DNA from: Epiperipatus broadwayi
Lineage: Eukaryota > Animalia > Onychophora
Assembly (NCBI GenBank): GCA_028023455.1
Contig: JAQFVV010000009.1
Span: forward strand, 9,424,001-9,488,000
Direction of reading: 5' to 3'
Length of the DNA stretch: 64,000 bases
Of the stretch, positions 53,473 to 64,000 are shown piece after piece; within the stretch, counting starts at the first letter, position 1; the number at the start of each line of letters is the position of its first letter. Below the pieces are notes generated by a model. That model had not been told where the DNA came from and made no database searches. It saw only the letters and a program-made list of their open reading frames with translations. The translations under genes were made by a program, and so were the position numbers.

Positions 53473-53756
53473 TTCTACTATATACACATTAACTTGCAAG
53501 AATCATATATTACATGGTGATAATAAGTAAATGCATTTACCCAATAGCAAAAACTTCAAAATTCTAAAGAAGCAATCATTGCATCTACAAATATATTCAA
53601 GTGGCAAAATTATCCTGTGGGACAAAGAATATTTTATGTTAAAAAGCAGTTGTCTATTCTGAACTTTTTTTTAAATTAAATAATAAAAGTTTAAAATATA
53701 ATAACTAGTCTGTATAAATTAATACACAACAACAAAATGTCTACAAATACTTAAAA

Positions 53757-55973
53757 CAGTGTTTCCCAACCTTTTCAATGATATAGTACTCTTGATACCA
53801 CTCTTTATATCGCATAGTTACATTTGAGGAAAACACCTACTTTTAAAAAAAAATTGATTTACTTTCCAATTGTTAGTTACGCGAAAGACATAATAGTTTA
53901 TTGCTATTAAATTTCTATTCAGTCATTATTTAATGATGTGAAAATTAACATAATTTAAACTATTTAAATTAAGACAATATTATAATATTAAACTTCAAAT
54001 AATTTAATTTTAATGGTATTATGTTCAGATAAAAAAGTTTTTTTTAACAAAATAACATTGAAAAGCAATTGTTACTAATACATATTCTATTACTTTATAA
54101 ATGTAAAATTTAAATTATATTGTTACAAATTTTTAAGCTGATACTTGAGCTTATTTATTTTTTGCACAACTGTTTTATTCTTAGTCTAATTTGGGTAGAC
54201 ACACATGACGTTCATTCTCAAGAAGAAAAAAAAGATGTTATCTTTGCTCTTCAACCATATATGAAAATGGTTGTTCACATACATAAAAAAAAAAAAAAAT
54301 AGAAACTGGAGTAATATATTGAATGCTTTTTCTAAAATTGAAGAATGTCTTCCACGAATTTAATTCTCAGTGGGAAGTCACGTTGTAGTTTTGTCAATTC
54401 TTCTTTCTCTTGCAAATTTAGATTTTCTGGTTTCTGTACATTTCAAAAAATGGGTTTCTCATCTGGTCATACAAGGATGCTGTTAAAGAAAGAAGATATT
54501 TACATTCGTTGTATTTCTAGAGCTCCCAAATGAGTTTGAATGTGTTTGTGATTTCTTGATTCTTCTCAGCAGCTTGACCCAGAAGATAAGAAAATATTTC
54601 AAAATAATCTTTAGAAATATGGTTCTTTCATATATTGAGTTTGATTTTAAAAGCAAGTATTTTGTCAGTACAGGTAAAAATATTTTTATTTCCCTGCATG
54701 CCTGACTTCAGCTTGCTTAGATACTGATAATACATCATCTTCAAAGCAGAAAGGAACGCATACTTAGCCATGTTTTTTGAAATATTGATACAATTCTTCT
54801 TTCAGTTCAAATATTCTGGTTAAGACTTGACATATTATCAGTGTGTGATCACTTGATCCTTTGTGTCTTCATATAATTTGGCAAATAAACGTGATAACAG
54901 TCATTAAAACCAAGAAGGCAAAACTCGTGATGTTTGATGGTTTAAAACAAGAAGAGGTATAGTATTTTTAAAAGATTTGATATAAGCAATAAAAGAACAG
55001 TGGAAATGGGTGTTAAGCAGCTTTAAAAGTTAGATAGAAAATATCTGGTTTACAATGTTTTATCTTCAGACTTTTCAGAATCAATAAACTTTTTTAAGTT
55101 TTCTTTATAAAAGAAAAATATATATTTATTCTTATAAAAGAACATAATATGTAAAAGCAGCTTTAAATAATTCACGCAAAACAAAGTTTATCTCCCAGTT
55201 GCTCAGTCTGTTAATTACTAATTGAAGAAAAATTTTACAACACCCGTCCTTTTTCTTTCGTATCCTTTAAAAATAGCTATTTTTCCAAACAGTAATTAGA
55301 TAGCTAATTTTGTTGGTGATGGCCAACTATCTAAAAAACATTCCAAGTTATATCCAGATTAAAATCTCTCATCATGATTATGGCAAGAACTAATCACTAT
55401 ATTTTTCTACATATTATAGATAATAACTTTATACTTATAATTTTATAATAGTTTTTATTTAAAGATACTTTTTTTATATTTTAGAAACAATCTTAAAAAA
55501 TAAATATAATTCTAATTAGGTGAATGATTCGTATGAAAATTTAAAAAAGATTCAATAATTCCTCGTTATATTTTTACCAAGCAGATTACAGATTAATTTA
55601 GTAAAACAGAGTTTATATTCGTGTTATATAAAAATATGAGAATTCGTGACAAATACGTTATTAAATTATACAATTTATGAAACCGTTATATGTAAGTTGT
55701 TTTTTCTTTCTAAAGTAATTCGTTCTATAACAATATTATTATATATATTTAAAAAATCGCATCAGAATAAAAGTCTCAAATATTTCTAAAAAAATAATGA
55801 TTTAAAATATTTAAAGACTCGGGCCTTTTCAGTAAGATATTCAAAATAAATGGACTTGTATTCTTCTCAAAATTTGAAACCTTTTATTTACTTTTTATTT
55901 CTACATCTCGCGGTACGCCTAGGAAGCGCTCGCAATATCCCAAAGTGCCGCAGAATCACGGTTGGAATTGCTG
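53757..55973 (-). mobile_element. Internally deleted Buster-type hAT transposon
   Basis: TIRs cagtgtttcccaacc and ggttggaattgctg. Minus strand gives LTRIFELKEEL, MQGNKN, MRNPFF..QEKEELTKLQ, LEKAFNILLQF and a degenerate C-terminus. Flanks acttaaaa and gtttagag share the central TA. Confidence 0.8.
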
Positions 55974-56089
55974 GTTTAGAGTGATAATAAATTACCAGCA
56001 TATTTTAAAATCATATGAACATTTTTATTTTGACTTTATGTATTAAGAAATTTCTATTTCTGAAATAACAAAACTTTCTGACATGTTTT

Positions 56090-56631
56090 TATAGTATACT
56101 GACTGAATGTAAATCTTTAATAAAGATATATGTGTGTGTACAGTATAGGCAGTGTTAGAACATTCCGGAAATAATAATGATATGCAGAAAAAAAAAAGTT
56201 TACTGCAAGAAGCAGCAGGCTAATTTACATGCCAATAAAGTCTAACTTTATGCAAAAGTAGATAAAATGTCTGCAGAACTTCAAATAGTATTCTGTCAGT
56301 TCAGTTCAGTCAGTGATGCCTAGAAAATGAAGAGAGAATGTAAAACAAAAGCTGAAAGTAGACTAGAAAAAGTCTAAGTATAGGATAAACCAGTATCAAC
56401 AATAAAGAAGAACTCTAGTCATAATCTAATTAAACTATATCAAGAGATGTATGTGGGCAGTAAGGTGCATAAAGAATTACAGTTTTAAAGAAACTTTTAT
56501 ATATTAATTATCTATAGAGATATGAACTGTTATGTGATCTAGATTCATCTTATATTCAATTAGTAACATGCCAGTTGAACTACTAATCCTATTTCTATTA
56601 TTTATCATTGATATAAACTCTAAACACCACA
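56090..56631 (+). repeat. 5' LTR
   Basis: Colinear with 58683-59208 (agtatactgactg, cagtataggcag, cagttcagttcagt, ctactaatcctat). End position approximate. Confidence 0.75.
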
Positions 56632-58682
56632 TGATTATGTGGCACAGTCATTGGAACAACCTGTGAAAAATGTCATATAGTCAAATGGAGAATCTGAGAA
56701 ATAAGTAATGCAGTAGAAATAGGATAACTGTAAAGATTATTACGCCACAGATTTACAACTTGAAAGTAATATATTAGTAATTAGGATAATTCAACAAATA
56801 TACAGAACAATGTAATGATTTTGATATAAAAGATCCATGGCAGATATGCTTAAATCTCATGTGGATAAATACAAGCTCCTGAAAGGAATAATAGATGATA
56901 AACTGAAAGTTCTCAGTTTACTATGGATGTCAGGATAAGATGTATCTTAAATTTGGCAAATTGTTTATGTAATCTGAAGCCACCTGAAGAAATCTCATAT
57001 GAGGAGTTATTAATAAAATTAAATGCCTATTTTAAACCGATAATATTGAAATTCACAGCACATCTTTGTTTCTATGGTAGGATGCAATCGCAAAATGAAA
57101 TTATATGCAAATACAATTTAATACAAAAGACTCTGGCAAAAGAGTGCAACTCAAAAATTTTATCAATGAAATATTATCGACTTGTTACTACAGAGCATCA
57201 GAGATTTGAAAACTAGGTCAAATACTACTGAGTCTATGCTAATGTATAAGTTTGCCATTGAATGCAGTATGTAGAACATATGCAAGTCTTCAAAAATGTG
57301 ACAAAAATAATTTGCAAATAAGTGTAAATATGGAAAAACTATGAGTGATATGAAGTAATTTAAAACAGATCCCTCTTACTTGTTATTGCTGTGAGAACAC
57401 AGACCATTTGAAATTAACATGTAAACTTAAAACAAAAAAAAAAATGTTTTAGCTGCAGTATGACAGGCCATTTTGGCAAAGATCTTCAATAAAAAAATGT
57501 CAAATGAAAAAGAAGATTTACTAATAAAAAGTAAATTGAGAGGAGAGCATTTAAGAAGTTTACAATGATATAATTAAAATGTTAAAAGTAAAGGATTGCA
57601 ATAGCAAATGTCAAATATCTAAAATTGATTTACAACCAAATAGTAAATCAACAGGAGAAGTGGCGAAGAATGTCAATGTTTGGGAAATAACTATCAGACA
57701 TGTTAAAGCTGCTACAGTAAAAATAAATGTCCAAAATAAATTTCCATCTCTATATAAGTTGAAGTCCAAAATAGTTAATAGCAAAACTATAGCAAAGTGG
57801 ACTAAACAGAATAAAACATATAATGTCATAAAGAATTGAATAAAAAATGAATGGCCATTTAAATGACCAGATAATTTAACCCCAGCAATTTGGAATGTCA
57901 GGGAAAGTTAATCAACTTGCCATAAATGTATTCTTATAACAGACTGTGTAATGATTCTTCCTGAGGGGAGGAAATGTGTTCTGTAGCTGCTACACAAAAT
58001 ATACTCAGAATTCTATGATTAGTGTTCAAACCTTAATAGTGATATTGGAAAAACTATAAGAAGTTGTCAAACTTGCCTATAGACAGTGAAACTACCAGTT
58101 AAAGATTATTAGCATTACATACCTAGTTTTGCTATGAAGAAAACTTTGGTAGAAATATTAATGAAATGACACATGATAACACACATCTAATTTTATTCCA
58201 GAAAAATTTAAAGAAAGATGGAGATTTGGGAAACATTAGATTTAAAGTTATCTAACTGTATAGATTAGAGATGTAATTAAAAAAAATGGATATTGGGAAA
58301 ATTATAGAAGTCTGCACAATTATGTGAAATAAAGTTAGAAGATGGGAGAGTTTTAAGATGCCATATTAATCATATAAAAGAATGCCAACCTGAAATATTA
58401 GAGAATATATTTACTATTTCAAGTACAGTAAATGATAATAAGACTGATATTTCTATTAACACAGAATTAAAAGCACCTGATAACTCTTCAGTTTAAGAAG
58501 CTATACAAATAAATGGAGAATAGGAAGAGAAAACTACAGAGGGAAAAGTGACTCCAAAGAGACCTATGAGACAGAAATGATTATCTAAAAAATTGCAAGA
58601 TTATATTATAAGTGGAACAAAAGTGGCAAAAAAAATTTCTGTGTAAATAAAATTTTGCTTGCTTCTGGAATGAGGGAAAGAT

Positions 58683-59208
58683 TGAAGTATACTGACTGGA
58701 TATATATCTTTATTAGTAAATTTATATATGTGTGTACATGCTAGTCAGTATAGGCAGTTTTATAATACTCCAAAAATAAAAATAATAAGCAGAAAAGAAA
58801 ATTAGTTTACTGTAAGAAGTAACAGGCTAATTTGCATATCAATAAAATCTAAACTTATGCAAATTAGCAAAACTAATAAAAATGCCTGAAAAACTTCAAA
58901 TTATGTTCTGTCAGTTCAGTTCAGTTCAGTTAATAGTGTCTAGAGAAGTAGTAATGTGAAGAAAGAAAAAAGCATATTAGAAAAACTCTCTAAGTGTAGA
59001 GTAAATCAGTATTAATGGTAAAAAAGAGTCCTGGTCATAATTTAATTAGACTATCTCATAAGATATGTGTGAGAATAACATGCTTACAGAACTCCAGTTG
59101 TAAAGAGATCATTTATATTTTTTTTTCTGCAGGGATATAAACTTGCATATTATGCCAGTTAATCTACTAATCCTATCTATTAATATTATTGTTATTCAGA
59201 GTAAATAC
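58683..59208 (+). repeat. 3' LTR
   Basis: Starts with TG directly after the purine tract and is homologous to 56090-56631. End position approximate. Confidence 0.75.
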
Positions 59209-60850
59209 ATTCTTGAATTTATTGTTGATTTTTTTGTATTAGTTTCTTTAAACAAATTATATAATTATTCAGCTGCCAAAATATACTTGGCCCTGAATGT
59301 ATTAGTTTTACAATTATTTAATCGCAATCATGTGAAATCACAATCACTAAGATTGATGGACGAATAATATGAACGTATTTAACTTAACTACAAATATTTC
59401 TTATTAAATATTAACAATCCATTTCCATCTGAAGTTTTTTAAAAATAGAATCTTATCTTAGTAGATAAGATTTTAAAAAACTATTTGTTAAATAAAATTA
59501 ATCAACAAATATTTTAAATAAGTTTGAAATATGAAACTAGGAAAAAAAAATATTACCAAATATTTATTTACTCACATATTTTTTTTTTTTGAAATTACAT
59601 ATATTTTCAAAAAACAAAACAAAAATATAACATATATATATATATGGCTGACTGCAAATGTATATATATAATTTGCCAATTAAACTAAAAAAATATATTT
59701 AACTATATCCGTTAATTGTAAAGACCCTTACAAGAATAAGCAAGTTTTTATATATACACATTATTAAAACTTGAAGCCCTAAGAATAAATAACTGCTTAA
59801 TTCTTACAGGTTTTCTGACAATTTTAAAAGCTGACAGAAAACTAATCTGTTTATGTTTTTATTACACACACATATATAAACGAAATGTGTAAAGTTAATA
59901 GAAGTAAAATATATATATATACACACATACACAATAACTCACTGCAATTTCCAATATAAAACAAAATTACAAAAGAACCCTTTAAATTTTCATTATTGCC
60001 AGACTTTATAAGTTTAGCATGAATTCTAATTTATTTAAATAATGTTTTTATTTAACCTTAAACAAGTATACAAAAAATTATAATCACAGTACAGTAAATA
60101 AATTAATATATATATACATAAATAAAATATAATTTTAATAAAGTACATGCAAATTAATAGATCTAACTGGCTAAGCCTTAATTTTTTCAACAAAAAAAAA
60201 AGTTGTTTACTTGCTGTCTTACATAACAACTTTTTAAAAAGCAAGTTGAAGAGAAAAAATCTTATCTCTAAATCAGCTGACATGAAGTTTATTGCAAGTA
60301 ACTTAAGTTTTTAAAATAGATTTAAAAAAGAGAACAAAAATAACTTATTGGTAATGTTTTGTTGTTGAGATAATATAAAAATAAACATTACAGAATTGAT
60401 ATTTGATATAACATTGATATATTATGGAATAAATTTAGAGAAAAACGTTCACTATTTATCTGTATGTTGTAACTTCATGATATAATAAATGATGTAATTA
60501 AAAAAAAGTTTAAATGCAGATTACATAAATTTATACTTATTTGAAAATGTTTTCTACTATTGCAATAGCTCTATTCAAAAAAAAAAAAGAGATAATAACA
60601 GAATTTTTTACTGGTCAATTATATGTACAAAGTTATAACTTAAAACACATGTATACACACCAAAAATTTGTTATAAAAATATGAAATTTTAAATATGTAA
60701 TCCCAATAATAATAAATAAAACAAAACGGATCATTTGAATACAAGTATAGAGGGATTTGAATACAGACTTTTGAGTTCCCTTCAGCTATCCACTTCATTT
60801 TATAAAACCAATACACATGACCACATATATGTGAAAAAGACAAATGATCT

Positions 60851-60891
60851 CAAGTATAGTATTTGATGCTGAACCAGCACTCATCAGTTGG
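60851..60891 (-). ncRNA. Decayed hammerhead A1
   Basis: Minus strand CCAA CTGATGA GTGCTG GTT CAGCAT CAAA T ACT A T A CTTG; G12C. Confidence 0.65.
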
Positions 60892-61326
60892 TCCACATCA
60901 TCATCTGCCCACACACATGCATATACAGTTCTCAATTTATATTAAAATAGCAAATCTTCAAACTTTAATGGACAGGCTTCAATCTTCTTCATCCTTCAAC
61001 TCTTCAGCCATCCATATTATTGAAAATCTGATGATGGAATACTCAAAGCCCTTGTTGATGTCAATATTGTTGTCATACCCATGTTGACTTTTAATCACTC
61101 TCACTCCTCATATTTAGGACCTAATATGTCCATTTAAATATAAAGAAGAGGGATGAGCATAATTCTGACTTAATCTCTGATATTTGAATACAAGTATAAT
61201 ATATATATATATACTGAACTTTAGATGTAATTACAGAAGATTTAAACACAGACTTTCAAGCTCTCTTCAGCTATTCACTCCATCTAATATACATGATCAC
61301 TTATATGTAAACAAGATAAATAATTT

Positions 61327-61368
61327 CCATTATACATATTTTGTGTTGAAGCAGTACTCATCAGTTGG
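61327..61368 (-). ncRNA. Decayed hammerhead A2
   Basis: Minus strand CCAA CTGATGA GTACTG CTT CAACAC AAAA T ATGT A T A ATGG; G12A. Confidence 0.65.
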
Positions 61369-61444
61369 CCCAGACTATCATCTCCCACATATATATATAA
61401 TCAGTGCTTCGTTTATATATGTGTGTGTAAGAACAAAATTGGAG

Positions 61445-61484
61445 CAACTGATGAGTGCTGGTTCAGCACAAAATACATATATTG
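61445..61484 (+). ncRNA. Hammerhead A3 (G12A)
   Basis: CAA CTGATGA GTGCTG GTT CAGCAC AAAA T ACAT A T A TTG, with a perfect 6-bp stem II. Confidence 0.75.
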
Positions 61485-61917
61485 AAAATTATTTATCTTT
61501 TTCACATGTATATGACTATGTGTATCAGTTATATAAGAAGGAATGGATAGCTAAAAAGAGCTTGTAAGTCTGTGTTCAAATCCCCTCATAATTAATCTAA
61601 AGTTTAGTATATACATTATATTTGTATTCAAATATCACAGATTCAGTCTGAATTCTGCTCATCCTCTTCTGTATATTTAAATGGACATGTTAAGTTCTTA
61701 AATATGAGGATCAGAATAACTCCAAGTCAACATGCATATGACAATAATATTGACATCAACAAGGGCTTTGAGTGTTCCATCATCAGATTTTTAACATGAT
61801 AGCTGAAGAGTTAGAAGGTGTATAAGATTAAAGCATATCCATTAAAGTTTGAAGATTTGCTATCTTAATATAAACTGAGCACTGATTATATATGTGTCTG
61901 GAAGATGATGATCCAGA

Positions 61918-61959
61918 CTAACTGATGAGTGCTGGTTCAGCATGAAATATGTATATTGG
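61918..61959 (+). ncRNA. Hammerhead A4 with intact catalytic core
   Basis: CTAA CTGATGA GTGCTG GTT CAGCAT GAAA T ATGT A T A TTGG. All conserved core nucleotides present, AUA triplet, cleavage predicted after 61955. Confidence 0.85.
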
Positions 61960-62278
61960 AAATCATTTACCTTTTTCACGTGTAAGTGATCATATGTATT
62001 GGTTATATAAGATAGAGCTGATAGCCAAAGAGAGCTTGAAAGTATGTGTTCAATTCTCCTCTCATTAGAAAATGGATCATGTAATAACTATTTTTAATAT
62101 GCATATTTATTTTGTTACTGTTTATCGGAACGTGTCAATTTTTTACAAGCACATTAACCCTTAATTTAATTCACCTTTATAGTTACAGTACTTATATTAA
62201 AATTAATAGTTAGTAATTATTTAAAGATTAATATAAATTATCAAATAACATAAAAGTGCTTTAAAGATATGGAAAGTT

Positions 62279-62380
62279 GTCAAGCATTGGTGGTCGAGAG
62301 GTCAGTGACATCTGCTTTACAAGCACTTGTCCTGTGTTAGCGGGTTCACTTCCCGGCTGATGCTATGACACATGGGTAAA
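62279..62380 (+). mobile_element. Short tRNA-derived SINE or tRNA retropseudogene
   Basis: Exact 16-bp TSD aaagatatggaaagtt (62263-62278 and 62381-62396). GCATTGG/CTGATGC acceptor stem (62284-62363), TTTACAA loop (TAC anticodon), CGGG-TTCACTT-CCCG T arm, short A tail. Confidence 0.85.
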
Positions 62381-63464
62381 AAAGATATGGAAAGTTTATG
62401 ATAATGGTGGAGGATGATAAGAGGTGCATTGTTAAATTCTTTCTATTCCAAAAAAAATGCCCGAAAACCAAAGATGCTAGATTAATAGCATTACACCTGC
62501 ATATACACAAGGCCACAATTGGTAACCAAAGCTTCTCATATTTTATTCAAAATATTAAGAAAGATGTTAAATGATTCCTAATGAAAAAAGCCTCTGGAAA
62601 ATGTTAATATCAAATATTAATCTCTCACTTATTATGGACTTAGAAACAAGAAAACTAGATTATTTTCATGTTTTTTAAAATAATCTTTAATTATGTGATC
62701 TATGTGAATTAGAGCATTAACATTTTATCTGGAAACAAAGTTTGTATCATAGTATGAGACTGCTTTTTCAAATTATTTAAATTATATTGATGTATTAATG
62801 CACATTAAAAACCGATAAATTGCAAAAATTTTCATTTTCTATCTCTATAAATTATATTACTCTTAATATTTTTTAAAATTTCTTAAATCTAATTATTTTC
62901 TATGTATTTTTTAAAGATATTGAAATCTTTGTCAATTTATTATGGAAATTTATTGAACAACTTCTTTAAGTAATTACCAGATGTAACTTTTCCTGTAGCT
63001 AAAAATTGAATATTTTTAACTATACAATATGTTTCTTATCATCATTCATATAAATATAATCACAACCGTTTCAATATAGTATTTGCATAAAAAAGTATTA
63101 ACTTTGAAATAGCAGCTCATTCATAAGAGTTTTGCTGAGAAATTAAGGATTAATTTGATATTGATAGATACTGGAGCAATCTGATGCATGTTGACCTGTG
63201 CAATGATTTGGTGATTATGGCTTTATAAACTTATTCCATTTATTTTTTTGATTTTTCTCCCTAAGTTATTTTATTGTATCTTTTAAAGTGAAATTATAGT
63301 ATTTTTCAATGCACCATTCCCACAATTTTTATTATATTTCCACTTAAGCTCCTAAACAGGCAAAACTCACTATACATATTGCCACACACAGCAAGCTAGA
63401 GTAATCAATGGATGCCAGAAGGCTTGTGCATAAAATCCCCATCTAGTGCCTACTCATCCAATAT

Positions 63465-63505
63465 CCCCAGACTAGTTTCTGGCTTCTTGACCTTTGTCAG
63501 TGAGG
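63465..63505 (-). ncRNA. Hammerhead C1 (G8A)
   Basis: Minus strand CCTCA CTGACAA A GGT CAAGAA GCC A GAAA C TA G T C TGGGG. Stem I CCTCA/TGGGG, palindromic ACTAGT, GUC triplet. Confidence 0.75.
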
Positions 63506-63920
63506 AACCTTGGATCTGAGTGTACTGCATCTAGATCTTAGGATCTAATGCAATCCTCCACCAACCACCTTTTATCTCCATTTATTACAAAACTATGAGT
63601 CTTAAACTGAAAAAAAACCTTAATGTTTTCAATGCAAGCTCATTAGCTTATATAGTCATATGGGTCTAAACCCAGTTCAGTACCCATACATTTTGGTGTC
63701 TTTGGTTCTTTAATAACCATAGCCACCACTATCCTATTAGGCAGGATTGGTTTTAAACCATAATTATCACATGACCACCACCTCTTATGCTTGTGTATAA
63801 CTGTTGTTAAAACAGGCAAAACTCACTATACATATTGCCACACACAGCAAGCTAGAGTAATCAATGGATACCAGAAGGCTTGTGCATAAAATCCCCATCT
63901 AGTGCCTACTCATCCAATAT

Positions 63921-63960
63921 CCCCAGGCTAATTTCTGGCTTGTGGCCTTCGTCAGTGAGG
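63921..63960 (-). ncRNA. Hammerhead C2 (stem III mutated)
   Basis: Minus strand CCTCA CTGACGA A GGC CACAA GCC A GAAA T TA G C C TGGGG. CUGACGA intact, U16.1 changed to C. Confidence 0.7.
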
Positions 63961-64000
63961 AGCCTTGGATCTGAGAGCACTAGCTTGCTGTGTATGGCAA

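Larger units (their letters stand above)
56090..59208 (+). mobile_element. Internally deleted Ty3/gypsy LTR retrotransposon (gag plus integrase fragments, no RT)
   Basis: Two diverged LTRs of about 530 bp (56090-~56631 and 58683-~59208). PBS-like tggcacagtca at 56640-56650, PPT ggaatgagggaaaga at 58667-58681, gag KPPEEISYEEL..YF.P, CCHC knuckle at 57381-57422, and integrase tail EDGRVLRCHINHIK. Confidence 0.85.
60735..62068. mobile_element. HHR family A element: 1.33-kb palindrome of tandem 475-nt units with four hammerheads
   Basis: Left arm about 1.5 units (ribozymes on minus), right arm about 1.3 units (ribozymes on plus), centre about 61405-61443. TSD aaaa(c/t)ggatcat at 60723-60734 and 62069-62080. 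Confidence 0.92.
63354..64000. mobile_element. HHR family C element: 456-bp tandem unit with the start of an inverted arm at the window edge
   Basis: About 165 bp at 63354-63518 is repeated at 63810-63975 (period 456). 63980-64000 is the reverse complement (20/21) of 63835-63855. Confidence 0.85.

Noticed and set aside
22441-62068. Classifying the long inverted-repeat elements as MITEs or foldback DNA transposons
   Set aside because: Arms are unequal and end at different points in each copy, TSDs vary from 10 to 17 bp, and tandem units and ribozymes are present. These are retrotransposition hallmarks, unlike the true MITE at 53165-53472.
62284-62363. Functional tRNA-Val gene
   Set aside because: Anticodon stem has two mismatches, the T loop is non-canonical (TTCACTT), and the sequence is flanked by a 16-bp TSD.
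1-64000. CRISPR array or other prokaryotic systems
   Set aside because: No regularly interspaced short repeats with unique spacers and no operon-like ORFs; the gene and transposon content is eukaryotic.

Overview
Very AT-rich, CpG-depleted eukaryotic DNA, most likely an invertebrate animal (the taxon is an inference). It contains one clear host gene, an intronless KLF15-type zinc-finger gene (25712-26623, minus strand) inside a locally CpG-rich domain. The rest is mostly decayed transposons: an RTE-type LINE, a Ty3/gypsy pol split by a full-length L1/Tx1-like element with a 14-bp target-site duplication (TSD), a twin-primed L1-like element, an internally deleted LTR element, several hAT/Buster elements and a MITE, a probable Merlin relic and a tRNA-derived SINE. 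The main result is five families (A-E) of short non-coding elements carrying minimal type I hammerhead ribozyme (HHR) motifs with self-complementary stem III. Most copies are inserted as head-to-head, tail-out palindromes with unequal arms, and most of these have 10-17 bp TSDs. Three families occur as tandem 350-475 nt units, resembling retrozymes or Penelope-dependent elements. Family D has a tRNA-Phe-derived Pol III head. Family E has a non-canonical catalytic core (A3-U8 or G3.U8 instead of C3-G8) with covarying stems. All alignments were done by eye; ribozyme activity and novelty are untested.
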